Shown: piece after piece, positions 21,514 through 32,511 of the stretch
Layout of the letters: each line of letters begins with the position of its first letter
Position numbering within the stretch: the stretch's first letter is position 1
NCBI RefSeq assembly: GCF_012516315.1
Contig: NZ_CP051185.1
Location: 3,413,363-3,477,362, forward strand
Length of the DNA: 64,000 nt
Direction of reading: 5' to 3'
Source of the DNA: Limnospira fusiformis SAG 85.79
GTDB taxonomy: Bacteria; Cyanobacteriota; Cyanobacteriia; Cyanobacteriales; Microcoleaceae
The notes under the pieces: generated by a model
The model's input: the letters and a program-made list of their open reading frames with translations, nothing else
What the model was told of the DNA's origin: nothing
Databases searched by the model: none
Position numbers and translations under genes: made by a program

Positions 21514-23055
21514 ATGGATCAAGTTGCTAATTGGGACTGGAAAAAGCTACAAAATGGGTCGGATATTCGGGGAGTCGCCATAGCAGGTGTAGCCAATGAA
21601 CCAGTTAACCTAACTCCTGAAATTGCCACTATCTTAGGTAAAGCCTTCGCGAGTTGGGTCAGCCAAAAACTGGGTAAAAATACCGCAGAATTAACTATGG
21701 CGGTAGGTAGAGATAGTCGTCTATCTGGACCTGTGCTAAGTCAAGCAGTTATGGAGGGAATTATATCCACTGGGGCTCAGGTTTATGATTTGGCGATCGC
21801 CTCAACTCCCGCCATGTTTATGAGTACCGTTACCCCCGGCTGGGAATGTGATGGCGCAATTATGTTAACCGCCAGCCACCTCCCCTTTAACCGTAATGGC
21901 TTAAAGTTTTTTACCCCCCAAGGAGGCTTAGGAAAGCCGGATATTTCCGAGATTTTGGAGTTAGCGAAACTCAACGATTTTGCCAAATCTCCCACCCCTG
22001 GTTCTATTATACAACATGATTTTATTTCTGTCTATGCCGAAGGATTAGTTAATACCATTCGCCAAGGTGTCAATCATCCCACCAACTTGGAACAGCCTTT
22101 AACTGGATTAAAAATAATCGTTGATGCTGGCAATGGTGCGGGGGGATTTTATGCCGAAAAAGTCTTAAAACCCCTAGGGGCTGATACCACAGGGAGCCAA
22201 TTTTTAGACCCTGATGGCACATTCCCTAATCATGTTCCCAACCCGGAAAATCAAGCGGCTATGCAGTCAATTTGTCAAGCGGTTATTGACAATAAAGCCG
22301 ATTTTGGGATTATTTTTGATACCGATGTAGATCGGGGTGCAGCCGTTGATCAGTTGGGGAAAGAACTTAACCGAAATCGCCTAATTGCCTTAATTTCGGC
22401 GATAGTTTTACGAGAACATCCCGGTTCTGCGATCGTCACTGATTCCATTACTTCCGATGGCTTAACTCATTTTATCGAGCAGGAATTAAAAGGGGTTCAT
22501 CATCGCTTTAAGCGCGGTTACAAAAATGTAATTAATGAAGCCATACGACTTAATGAAAGCGGACAGGAATCTTGGCTGGCGATTGAAACTTCCGGTCATG
22601 GTGCTATGAAAGAGAACTACTTTTTAGATGATGGTGCATATTTAGTTAGCAAGCTGTTAATTGAACTAGCTAAAACCCACCTAAAAGGTAAATCTCTCAC
22701 CGATTTAATTGCCAATTTACAGGAACCCGCCGAGAGTGAAGAAGTGCGGATCACTATTCAAAATGATGATTTTAAATCATTAGGTAATAACGTGATTGAA
22801 AAACTCACTCAGTTTGTCTCCCAACAAACCGACTGGGAAATTGTCCCCAAAAACTACGAGGGGGTTCGGGTTTCCTGTGGGTCCCCCGACGAGGATGGCT
22901 GGTTTTTATTGCGCCTATCCCTTCATGATCCGGTTTTACCGTTAAATATTGAATCAAATGTGGTCGGTGGCGTGGCGAAAATTGCTAACCGTTTATTAGG
23001 GTTTTTCCAAGGTATCGACTCCCTAGATATCTCGACATTTTCGGGAATTAAATAA
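21514..23055 (+). CDS. phosphoglucomutase/phosphomannomutase family (alpha-D-phosphohexomutase)
   Basis: Active-site loop TASHLPFNRNG (the TASHNP variant); four-domain length of 513 aa. Confidence 0.8.
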   Translation: MDQVANWDWKKLQNGSDIRGVAIAGVANEPVNLTPEIATILGKAFASWVSQKLGKNTAELTMAVGRDSRLSGPVLSQAVMEGIISTGAQVYDLAIASTPAMFMSTVTPGWECDGAIMLTASHLPFNRNGLKFFTPQGGLGKPDISEILELAKLNDFAKSPTPGSIIQHDFISVYAEGLVNTIRQGVNHPTNLEQPLTGLKIIVDAGNGAGGFYAEKVLKPLGADTTGSQFLDPDGTFPNHVPNPENQAAMQSICQAVIDNKADFGIIFDTDVDRGAAVDQLGKELNRNRLIALISAIVLREHPGSAIVTDSITSDGLTHFIEQELKGVHHRFKRGYKNVINEAIRLNESGQESWLAIETSGHGAMKENYFLDDGAYLVSKLLIELAKTHLKGKSLTDLIANLQEPAESEEVRITIQNDDFKSLGNNVIEKLTQFVSQQTDWEIVPKNYEGVRVSCGSPDEDGWFLLRLSLHDPVLPLNIESNVVGGVAKIANRLLGFFQGIDSLDISTFSGIK

Positions 23056-23200
23056 CTCTGATTTCCTGCGTCAGACCTATAGTGGCTGGCGCATTCCCCC
23101 CAACCCAGAAATTAACCGGATCTAGTATAATCAAGCTATGGCATGAATTACAGCCTATCTGTGTATAGATCCATATCATCAACCTAAGGATGCTTAAATC

Positions 23201-24388
23201 ATGACTCCAGCTAAATCGGCAAATACTGCTGTTAATTATGATATAGAAAATGAAGTTTTAGAACGCTATAAAGCCGGGGCGAAAGATGTTCAGCCTTCCC
23301 TGTGTTGTCCGACATCATATAATGGTAATTATCTGGAGATTTTGCCATCAGAAATTATTGAGAAAGACTATGGCTGTGGCGACCCCACCCAATATATTAA
23401 TTCTGGGGAAGTGGTGGTAGATTTGGGGTCTGGTGCTGGCAAAAATTGCTATATTATCGCCCAAAAAGTCGGCAAAGATGGGCGAGTAATTGGGGTTGAT
23501 TTTAATGATGATATGCTGGCGCTTTCCCGTAAGTATCAAGATGAAATTGCCGATAAGTTGGGCTATAAAAATACTGAGTTTGTTAAGGGAAAAATCCAGG
23601 ATTTGGGGCTAAATTTGGCTATGGTGCAAACCTGGTTAAATGATAATCCTATTACCTCCATAGAAGATGTATCCCGGTTTGAGGCAATGTGCGATCGCCT
23701 CCGCCAAAACCAGCCTTTAATCCCTGATGCAACTGTGGATGTAGTCGTGTCTAACTGCGTGCTTAACCTAGTTAAATCTCAGGATAAAGTGAAACTATTT
23801 ACGGAGATTTACCGAGTCTTAAAAGTCGGAGGAAGGGCGGTTATTTCTGATATTGTGTGTGACGAACCCCCCACCGAAACAATTATCAACGACCCCGAAT
23901 TGTGGAGTGGTTGCATTGCTGGCGCTTTTCAAGAACACGAATTTTTACAAATGTTTGAAAATGCCGGATTTTATGGGGTCGAAATCTTAACCCGTCAGAC
24001 CGAACCTTGGCAGGTAATTGATGGCATTGAATTTCGGTCTGTCACAGTTTGCGCCTACAAAGGGAAAGAAGGTCCTTGTTTAGAACGCCATCAAGCAGTA
24101 ATTTATAAAGGACCTTGGAAACAGGTAGTTGATGATGATGGTCATACCCTTTATCGAGGTCAACCTATGGCAGTTTGTGATAAAACCTTTAACATCTATA
24201 CTAGGAGTCCCTACAGTGACGATATTATCCCCATTCCTCCCTATCAAAATATTGATCTAAAGGATGCTAAAGAATTTGATTGTCGGCAAAATGCCATCCG
24301 CGACCCTAAACTAACTAAAGGTGAGAATTACCACGTCACTAATATTAATAACGACGAGTCTTGTTGTTCTCCATCAAGTTGTTGTTAG
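23201..24388 (+). CDS. arsM: arsenite S-adenosylmethionine methyltransferase-like (ArsM/AS3MT family)
   Basis: YGCGDP motif; SAM motif VVDLGSGAGKNCY; conserved Cys positions (VVSNCVLNL, SGCIAG); Cys-rich C-terminus CCSPSSCC. Confidence 0.7.
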   Translation: MTPAKSANTAVNYDIENEVLERYKAGAKDVQPSLCCPTSYNGNYLEILPSEIIEKDYGCGDPTQYINSGEVVVDLGSGAGKNCYIIAQKVGKDGRVIGVDFNDDMLALSRKYQDEIADKLGYKNTEFVKGKIQDLGLNLAMVQTWLNDNPITSIEDVSRFEAMCDRLRQNQPLIPDATVDVVVSNCVLNLVKSQDKVKLFTEIYRVLKVGGRAVISDIVCDEPPTETIINDPELWSGCIAGAFQEHEFLQMFENAGFYGVEILTRQTEPWQVIDGIEFRSVTVCAYKGKEGPCLERHQAVIYKGPWKQVVDDDGHTLYRGQPMAVCDKTFNIYTRSPYSDDIIPIPPYQNIDLKDAKEFDCRQNAIRDPKLTKGENYHVTNINNDESCCSPSSCC

Positions 24389-24410
24389 GGTCTGATTATC
24401 AGCTATTTGA

Positions 24411-27400
24411 TTAGAGAAACTCCCATACTACTACGCGATCGCGTCCTTGGTTTTTTGCCAGATATAAAGCATCATCAGCCAGTCTCAGTAAATCATCTAA
24501 AGTTTGGGCGTGTTCTGGGAAACTAGCCACCCCAAAAGAAGCCGTAATTTGACCGAGATCTCGGTTGTGGTGTTGCCGTTTTAATCCGCGAATTCCCTCA
24601 CATAAAAACTGGGCGCGATCGCTCGCTATTTCTAGGGTAGTGTCTGGCAAAATTAACGTCATTTCTTCCCCCCCATAACGGCAAGCCGTATCAGAACTTC
24701 TGATATTTGTTTGGATGAAATGAGCAATTTCTTGCAAAACTAAGTCCCCAGCTTCATGACCAAACGTATCATTGAAGTGTTTAAAATGGTCAATATCTAT
24801 CATGATAATACATAAGGGTTGATTTTTGCGGTGAGCCTTGGCTAAGGCTTGATTGAGCGTTTCTTGCAGATAGCGACGGTTAAAGAGTCCAGTCAAAGGA
24901 TCTCGGATACTTTCTAGGCGTAATTGTTCCTGAAGTTTCAAGTTGAATAAAGCCAAAGATAACTGATCAGCAACAGTGCGCCCTAGTTGTTCGGAAGACT
25001 CCATATTAACTAAAGACGATTCAGTAATCATGTATAATAATCCCCAAATTTTGGTTTTGGCAATTAGGGGAATACATAAAGAATGTTTAGGTAGCAGTTC
25101 AGAATTTATATGATTACAAAATAAACCCGATTGCTGGTCACTGGCGGTATGAATTTTTCCCCTTCGTAACGTCCAACAATCTTTGAAAGGAAATTTTATC
25201 TCCTGATGTGGGAGTTCACCAAATGTAGAAACCGCTTCTAAATCCGATTCCGGGCTATCAGGATCTATTACCAATACCGCCCCAGCAAAATCGGGAAAAA
25301 GCTGTTTCAGAAATTCCGAAATCGCCCCATATCCCTCCTCAACTGCATCGCAGGCTTGCAGAAATTCAATCATTTTTCGGACAATTTCCATTTCCCGATT
25401 TTTTTGCTTGAGATGCTGATAAGTAGTGTGTAATATTTCTTCGGTTTGTTTGCGATCGGTGAAATCTGTCGCCGTCCCTAAAATTTCTTGAACCCGTCCA
25501 TCTGAATGGCGACTAAAAACGAGATCCCGACTCAGTAACCAACGCCATTCTCCATTTGCTTTTTGAACGCGATATTCTACGGTATATATTTGACCATCTT
25601 GTGCTTTGGACATATCTTGAAAGTGTTTTTCGACGATGGGTAAATCTTCAGGATGGATAATTTCATAGAGTAAAGTGCCTCCGGTTTCTTGAATTTGTTG
25701 GTAGGTGTATCCGAGGATATCTTGAATATTGCGATTGATATAAACATTGCGCTTTTTGATGATGTCGAATATATACAAAATATTGGGGATATAATCAGTA
25801 ACTTTCTGAATAAATGTTTTACTGTTTTGGAGTTGTTCAAGCATGAGTTTTCGGGAGGTAATATCTTCGGCAATTCCCGCCCAACGATAGATTTTTCCTG
25901 ATTTATCAGTGACTGGAAAAACCCGCGCTGCTACCCATCTAATTGTACTATCAGGGCGAATAATTCTGTATTCCTCATCAAAAACCAACTTATCCTGAAA
26001 CTGGCGCTGATATGCTTCTATCACCCGCTGTAGATCTTCTGGATGTACAGAATTAATCCAATGTTGAGGGTTTTCGTAGAGACTGGCGCAACTTTGCCCC
26101 CAAATTTTCTCGTAGGCAGGATTAATATACAGAATTGTTTGACCATCAAAAGATGTCATAAAAAACACTTCTCGCACTGTTTCAGCAATTTGACGGAATT
26201 TTTCCTCGCTTTCTTGGAGGGCAATTTCTGTCTCTTTCTTGTCAGTAATATTAATCATAACTCCCTGGAGGAATGTGGGGTTGCCTTGGTCATCGAGGAC
26301 AACTTGGCCGTTATCACGCACCCAGACCACATTTCCCGATCGCGAAAACATCCGATATTCAACACTAAAGCCTTGATTTTCTTCGATACCTTGACGGATT
26401 TCCTCCAACAGGCGATCGCGATCTTCTGGATGCACTAACTCCAGCCAATCCTTACTATTTTTTAACCACTCACTGGCTGAAATACCCAGCAAACGCTCAA
26501 TTTGAGGACTAATATAAAGTATGCTCAATTTGTCATCTAAATTAGCCGTATAGGTAGCCGCTGGCATTTGTTCAATCAGACGGCGATATTTAGCCTCAGA
26601 AGCACTTAAAGCCATCTCTGCTTGTCTTTTTTCGGTGATATCAATTACCGAGCCAAATAAGCGTAATGGTTGCCATTCTGCATCATGTTCAACCCCTCCC
26701 ATACCTTGAATATAACGAATTTCTCCACTGGGACGAACCAGACGATATTCTGTATAAAAAGGTTCTCCCAAGGTTAACGATCGCTCCGTATCTTCCGCGT
26801 GGCGATCGCGATCATCCGGGTGCATTTTTTCTCGTAATTCTGCTAAAGTAGGTTCCCCTTGGGTCGGGTCCATGCCATAAATCCGGAACACCTCTTCTGA
26901 CCAAGTAATTTTACCCGAACTTACATTATATTCCCAAGTGCCAATCCCAGCTATTTTTTGAGAGTTGAGCAAATCTTGAGTAATTTTATATAATTGATAT
27001 TCGGTTTTTTTGGCTTGGGTAATATCCTCAGCAATGTAGCAAAACCTCAACTTGTCTAAGCCGGAATTTAGGATAGGCGAAACCGTAACCGATAAGTGAT
27101 GTTCCCCATCATTTAGGGTGTGAATATACTCAAATTTAATCGGTTTCCCAAGCTGTTGACTTTCCCGATAATGTTGACACCATAACTCAATAATTGAGGC
27201 GGGTACACCCATTTCACTACACCGGGCATTTTTCAGAGCTTCAGGACTCACACCCCAAAATTCAGCCGTTGCATTATTACTAAAAATGTGGATAATATCC
27301 CCATCTAGGAGTTCTACTACACCCATCATCATGCTGGTGCTATTATAGAAACTATACAAGATCGCCTCTCGTTCCGCTGCTGCTATTTCTGCTTGTTTGC

Positions 27401-29366
27401 GATCGCTAATATCAAAACCATAGCCCACCACTTCTCTGGGTTTTCCCGCCGCATCTAATACTAACCTTAGATGTTCTTGCATCCAGCGATAACTACCATC
27501 CCCATGGCGAAAACGATATTCATAAAAAGATGTCCCCTTCGTCAAAACCTCACGAACTTTAGACCAGGCAAAATCTCGGTCTTCTGGATGAACTCTCTCT
27601 TCCCAAAACTCGACACTTTCTTGGAATTCTTTTTGAGTATATCCCAGGACATTTGGCACATTACTACTAATGAATGTCACCCGCAGAGTTTCCGGGTCAC
27701 AGCTATAGATAATTGCCAAACTTGAATTAAGTAAATCATTCAATCTTTCTTGAGAAAAGATTAGCTGTTTTTGAATCTGATTTACCTGATTAATTTCCAG
27801 TTCTAGTTGATGTTTACTCTCCGCAATTTCAGAGGTTTTTGACTCTACTTGTTCTTCCAGGGATGATGCTAATTGGCGATAGGCTTCCTTCTGGGATTCT
27901 AACTCAATTCCTGACCGTCTCCGTTCGGTAATATCTTCTCCCGTGCCGATAATATATTCCACTTGCCCATCATCATCACATAAAATTGTATTAGACCAGG
28001 CAATTAAACGGCGATCGCCTGTTTTCGTCACCCAATAATTTTCATGATAACTGGGAAAATTCCCCGCTGTTAAATCCGCAAACCCCTTTTTTACGCTGTT
28101 CACTTCTTCAGGAACTAATAAAATCTCCCAAAACGGTCGATCTTGAACTTCTTGCCCAGAATATCCCGTAATTTTCACACAGGCTTGATTAAATTTGACG
28201 ATGTAACCTTGGGTATTTAAAACCACAATTAAAGCCGGAACCGTATCTAAGATAGCCTCGGTAAAATCTCGCTGTTTTTGCAGTTCTTCGCGAGTCTGAT
28301 GGTGGTCATTTTGCATCTGTTTGATCCGTTCACCTTGTAATTTATTAACCTGCTGTTGTAGGGCTTCAATGGTATTATAAAGTTCCAGGGGATTAAGAGT
28401 TTGCAGTAAACTGGTTTGAGTCAAAATACCCACTAATTGCTGTTGTTCATCACACACCACTAACCGACGGACTCCCCGTTGCTGCATTTGTTCATGGGCT
28501 ACCCATAAATTTTCTGTGGGGTGCAAACACCATAGGGGGCTACTCATAATGTCAGCCGCCATCATCCGATCAAAATTAAGATCCAGGGCTGAACACTTGA
28601 CAATATATCTTTCTGTGACTATTCCCACAGGATGGCACAGGAAACTATCCCCGATTTTGGGTTCAGCAATGACCACACAACTAACCCGATATTCCGCCAT
28701 CAATTGAGCCAGATGTAAAATAGAAGCGTTAGGGGTAGCATGGATCACGTCTCGCGTCATGGCTTCGGCGACTTGACGTAATTTGAACAAATCCCCTGGT
28801 TGCAAACACTCGCGCAGGGTTTGTGTGGAAATTAATCCCACCAGCTCACCAGTTTTCGACAAAACCGGAAGATGGCGAATCTGATGTTGACGCATCAGGG
28901 TAATAGCAGTAAAAATGTCTTGATGGGGTTCTATTGATAGGGTGACTAGATCGCGAGTCATCACCGCCGCTAAGGTTAAATGGTCAAAGCTGCGATATTG
29001 GGTAGCCAGGCGCACGAGATCCCTTTCCGTAATTAAACCGACCAGTTTTCCCTGTTCTACGGCCAGGACGCAACTTTTCCGGTGTGGCTGGGTTTCCCTG
29101 TCAGAGTCACTTTTTGGCTGTGGGCTGATCATGGAGATGACCCCCATTAAGGGAGTTTCAGGAGAAGCCGTCAGTGGGTGTCGATCAATTGCCTTATATA
29201 ACGGCAAATTCGAGAACAGTAGATCTTGGCTAATCATTAGCTTAGTTAGGAGATGGTGAATAGGGATTGATTCTGTGGCACTGGCATCAAATACATTATC
29301 CCATGGGCGAATAGCCGGAAACAAAACTAAGAAAGCCGAGGGTGTGATAGCTATTCTAGGTAACAC
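24411..29366 (-). CDS. large sensor diguanylate cyclase: CBS pairs, multiple PAS/PAC, GAF, C-terminal GGDEF (GGEEM variant)
   Basis: 1651 aa. C-terminus ...DIDHFKHFNDTFGHEAGDLVL...RYGGEEM. Repeated PAS/PAC signatures. Confidence 0.85.
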   Translation of the reverse strand: MLPRIAITPSAFLVLFPAIRPWDNVFDASATESIPIHHLLTKLMISQDLLFSNLPLYKAIDRHPLTASPETPLMGVISMISPQPKSDSDRETQPHRKSCVLAVEQGKLVGLITERDLVRLATQYRSFDHLTLAAVMTRDLVTLSIEPHQDIFTAITLMRQHQIRHLPVLSKTGELVGLISTQTLRECLQPGDLFKLRQVAEAMTRDVIHATPNASILHLAQLMAEYRVSCVVIAEPKIGDSFLCHPVGIVTERYIVKCSALDLNFDRMMAADIMSSPLWCLHPTENLWVAHEQMQQRGVRRLVVCDEQQQLVGILTQTSLLQTLNPLELYNTIEALQQQVNKLQGERIKQMQNDHHQTREELQKQRDFTEAILDTVPALIVVLNTQGYIVKFNQACVKITGYSGQEVQDRPFWEILLVPEEVNSVKKGFADLTAGNFPSYHENYWVTKTGDRRLIAWSNTILCDDDGQVEYIIGTGEDITERRRSGIELESQKEAYRQLASSLEEQVESKTSEIAESKHQLELEINQVNQIQKQLIFSQERLNDLLNSSLAIIYSCDPETLRVTFISSNVPNVLGYTQKEFQESVEFWEERVHPEDRDFAWSKVREVLTKGTSFYEYRFRHGDGSYRWMQEHLRLVLDAAGKPREVVGYGFDISDRKQAEIAAAEREAILYSFYNSTSMMMGVVELLDGDIIHIFSNNATAEFWGVSPEALKNARCSEMGVPASIIELWCQHYRESQQLGKPIKFEYIHTLNDGEHHLSVTVSPILNSGLDKLRFCYIAEDITQAKKTEYQLYKITQDLLNSQKIAGIGTWEYNVSSGKITWSEEVFRIYGMDPTQGEPTLAELREKMHPDDRDRHAEDTERSLTLGEPFYTEYRLVRPSGEIRYIQGMGGVEHDAEWQPLRLFGSVIDITEKRQAEMALSASEAKYRRLIEQMPAATYTANLDDKLSILYISPQIERLLGISASEWLKNSKDWLELVHPEDRDRLLEEIRQGIEENQGFSVEYRMFSRSGNVVWVRDNGQVVLDDQGNPTFLQGVMINITDKKETEIALQESEEKFRQIAETVREVFFMTSFDGQTILYINPAYEKIWGQSCASLYENPQHWINSVHPEDLQRVIEAYQRQFQDKLVFDEEYRIIRPDSTIRWVAARVFPVTDKSGKIYRWAGIAEDITSRKLMLEQLQNSKTFIQKVTDYIPNILYIFDIIKKRNVYINRNIQDILGYTYQQIQETGGTLLYEIIHPEDLPIVEKHFQDMSKAQDGQIYTVEYRVQKANGEWRWLLSRDLVFSRHSDGRVQEILGTATDFTDRKQTEEILHTTYQHLKQKNREMEIVRKMIEFLQACDAVEEGYGAISEFLKQLFPDFAGAVLVIDPDSPESDLEAVSTFGELPHQEIKFPFKDCWTLRRGKIHTASDQQSGLFCNHINSELLPKHSLCIPLIAKTKIWGLLYMITESSLVNMESSEQLGRTVADQLSLALFNLKLQEQLRLESIRDPLTGLFNRRYLQETLNQALAKAHRKNQPLCIIMIDIDHFKHFNDTFGHEAGDLVLQEIAHFIQTNIRSSDTACRYGGEEMTLILPDTTLEIASDRAQFLCEGIRGLKRQHHNRDLGQITASFGVASFPEHAQTLDDLLRLADDALYLAKNQGRDRVVVWEFL

Positions 29367-29437
29367 AACCAGACTATGTGGGTGGCTGTTGGCAATTAGA
29401 GGTAGGATTGTAGTTAGGTTATTTTGACAGTCTTTTT

Positions 29438-29836
29438 ATGAAATACTTTGTTTCTCGCCTGGTTGCCCTACTGATGGTCGTTACCGTTGCCCTGGTGGGC
29501 TGTGGTAACTCACCCGATGGTCTAACAGGAAATTATAGCCAGGATACCTTAGCAGTTGTGAATAGTTTGAGAACTGCGATCGCTTTACCGGAAGATGCCC
29601 CAGAAAAGGCCGCCGCCCAGGCGGAAGCCCGGACCCTGATTAATAGTTTCGCTTCCCGCTACCGTCGAGACCCAGCGGTTTCTACTTCCAGTTCCTTTAC
29701 TACTATGCGGACTGCCTTAAATGCCCTAGCAGGTCATTACAGTTCCTACCCTAACCGTCCCGTTCCTGATAAACTCAAGCAAAGACTAGAACAGGAGTTT
29801 AAACAAGTAGAAGCGGCTGTGAAACGGGGCGCTTAA
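29438..29836 (+). CDS. psb27: photosystem II assembly lipoprotein Psb27
   Basis: Lipobox LVGC. GLTGNYSQDTLAVVNSLRTAI and SFTTMRTALNALAGHYSSY match Psb27 closely. Confidence 0.9.
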   Translation: MKYFVSRLVALLMVVTVALVGCGNSPDGLTGNYSQDTLAVVNSLRTAIALPEDAPEKAAAQAEARTLINSFASRYRRDPAVSTSSSFTTMRTALNALAGHYSSYPNRPVPDKLKQRLEQEFKQVEAAVKRGA

Positions 29837-29899
29837 CTCCCGCTAACCTGATGGGGAAATTAACCGAGGCAACTCAATCTGATCTGTAATGATTAAGAG

Positions 29900-31499
29900 T
29901 TGCTTTTATGTGGTATATGTGCTATGGCTAAATCACCGATCGCCTTAAATTGGCTTCACCGTCTGCTGAGTCTCTATAAACCCATGTTAGGGGCTATATT
30001 ATTAAGCCTGTTGGCCACTAGCCCAGGGCGATCGCAAACCATAGCCTTTTGTCGCCTCTCCCCAGAGGCGATCGCCTCTAAAGAAAGCCTGCGCCAAAGC
30101 GCTCTATCGGGGGATAGCAACGCCCAACAGCAATATAACCAGATCCTGATTCAACACGCCCAAGCTGTATATCGCTGTCGTCAGCAAAGCCGCCCCCAAA
30201 ATCAGGCCTTATGGTTAAGACTATATAGCTGTGATGCCCAACCCGGAGCCATCGAAAAGCTGTTAGATGACATCATCAACAAAGGCTATAACCAAGTTTA
30301 CCTAGAAGTATTTTATGACGGTCAGGTGTTACTTCCCGCCGCCAATAACCCCACCCCTTGGCCGTCAGTGATGCGATCGCCCGGCTTGGAACAAGTAGAC
30401 CTCCTCGCGCAAACCATCGAAAAAGGCAGACAACGGGGGCTACAGGTTTACGCCTGGATGTTTATGCTCAACTTTGGTTATACCTACACCCTACTACCTA
30501 ACCGCGCCGGAGTCCTTGCGGTCAATGGTAGTGGGGAAACCACCGTCACCGCGAATTTAGACGAGCACCGCCAGCAACGATTTTGGGGAAAGCTACATCA
30601 ATCAGGGTTTCGTTGACCCCTATAATCCCACCGCACGACAAGATTTTAATACCCTCCTGAATGCCGTCCTTAGCCGTCGCCCCAGTGGTGTTCTGTTTGA
30701 CTATGTTCGCTATCCCAGGGGTTTGGGACCTCAATCAGTAGCCAGCCGGGTTAAGGATTTATGGATTTATGGGGATGCTTCCCTGTCCGCCTTGCTGCAA
30801 CGAGCCAACAACGACCGGGGACGGGAACTGCTACAACGCTATGTTAGCCAGGGTTTTGTCACCGAAAATGATGTTAATCAGATCAATCAAAAGTATCCTG
30901 AGCCAACGGAGCCAACACCAGCAGAGCCACAGGAACCACAGCCACAGGAACCACAGCCACAAGAAAAACCACCCCTGTGGCATGATGAAACCGCCCTCCC
31001 CGCTCTCAGTGGCATTCCCAGCCTGGGAAATACCTTTAATCAACAATTGTGGCGGTTGAGTGTGGCTCACGCCCAACAGGGGATTCTGGACTTTTTAAAT
31101 ATGTTTAGCCAGCCAGTACAATCACGCGGCATTCCGGCTGGGGCGGTGTTTTTCCCGGAGGCTAACCGTCGCGTTGGGGAACAGGGTTTTGATTCCCGGC
31201 TGCAACCTTGGGATCGGTTCCCTAGTGCGATCGAATGGCATCCCATGGCCTATGGAGTTTGTGGCACCACAAGCTGTATAGTTGAACAAGTGGAAACTGT
31301 TGCTAACCAAGCCCAACCGGGAACTAAAATTATCCCAGCGATCGCTGGAGACTGGGGCAAATCCATTAAAAACCGCCCCCCCCTAGAACATCAGATGCGC
31401 GACATTATCAATGCTATTCCCCAAATTCAGTCAATCAGCCATTATTCCTACGATTGGCAAGAACCACAACTTACACGCGATCGTCAATCATGTCGGTAA
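29900..31499 (+). pseudogene. glycoside-hydrolase-like GHL10 (YngK-like) lipoprotein gene, interrupted by a +1 frameshift
   Basis: ORFs 29900..30616 and 30723..31499 form one protein. The second frame is open from 30561 and reads ...FGESYINQGFVDPYNPTARQDF...FDYVRYP (GHL10 signature). The shift maps to the T4G4 homopolymer at 30581..30588. Confidence 0.6.
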
Positions 31500-31577
31500 T
31501 CGGCAAAACCTTTAAACTAGAAGATGATGCTTTCCAGCCTCTTCTATACTGTCGTTCATAACTAAGGAGTTATAACT

Positions 31578-32423
31578 TTGAAAAGCGCACAACCCCAACA
31601 GGGTTTACCAGCCATTGTTCTGGGAATTATCGTCGCACTGGCTATTCTGATTGGGCTTAATTCTTTTGTAATTATTAATCCTGGTCAAGCCGCCGTGTTA
31701 AGTATTCTCGGAAAGGCCCAGGATGGCGCACTACTAGAGGGGTTACACTTTAAGCCTCCCATAATTTCCGCCGTCGATATTTATGATGTCACTGTCCAGA
31801 AGTTTGAAGTTCCCGCCCAAAGTTCCACCAAGGATCTACAGCAACTTTCCGCTAGTTTTGCCATCAACTTCCGCCTTGACCCCGTAAATGTCGTGCAAGT
31901 CCGCCGGGAACAAGGTACTCTACAAAATGTGGTATCTAAAATTGTCGCGCCCCAAACTCAGGAATCTTTTAAAATTGCCGCTGCTAAACGTACCATTGAG
32001 GAAGCCATTACTCAACGGGAGGAACTGAAAGCAGATTTTGACGAGGCTCTGGTGTCACGATTAGATAAATATGGCATTATTGTTTTAGATACCAGTGTTG
32101 TCGATCTGACTTTCTCCCCTGAATTTGCTCGCGCCGTTGAAGAAAAACAAATCGCTGAACAACGGGCGCGGCGGGCTGTCTATGTCGCTAAAGAAGCTGA
32201 ACAACAAGCCCAAGCCGACATTAACCGCGCTAAGGGTCGGGCGGAAGCTCAACGCTTATTAGCCGAAACTCTCAAGGCTCAAGGTGGTGAGTTGGTACTG
32301 CAAAAAGAGGCGATCGAGGCTTGGCGACAAGGGGGTTCTCAAATGCCTAAAGTCCTGATTTTGGGTGATTCTAAAAGTAAGGTTCCCTTCTTATTTAACG
32401 TCGGCGACCTAACTAAATCCTAA
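31578..32423 (+). CDS. SPFH/band-7 (prohibitin-like) membrane protein
   Basis: N-terminal TM helix followed by a PHB domain. TTG start with an AGGAG RBS. Confidence 0.8.
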   Translation: MKSAQPQQGLPAIVLGIIVALAILIGLNSFVIINPGQAAVLSILGKAQDGALLEGLHFKPPIISAVDIYDVTVQKFEVPAQSSTKDLQQLSASFAINFRLDPVNVVQVRREQGTLQNVVSKIVAPQTQESFKIAAAKRTIEEAITQREELKADFDEALVSRLDKYGIIVLDTSVVDLTFSPEFARAVEEKQIAEQRARRAVYVAKEAEQQAQADINRAKGRAEAQRLLAETLKAQGGELVLQKEAIEAWRQGGSQMPKVLILGDSKSKVPFLFNVGDLTKS

Positions 32424-32511
32424 TCATTGTCACCCAGTTGTTATTTCCTAGTAGGGGCATCCGCCCCTATTTAAACTATTAATATTTGCCAATAAAGCCC
32501 TTAGCTAAAAG

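Noticed and set aside
29900-31499. Two separate genes (238 aa and 258 aa)
   Set aside because: The second frame is open well upstream of its annotated Met and continues the GHL10 domain. This is a single frameshifted gene.
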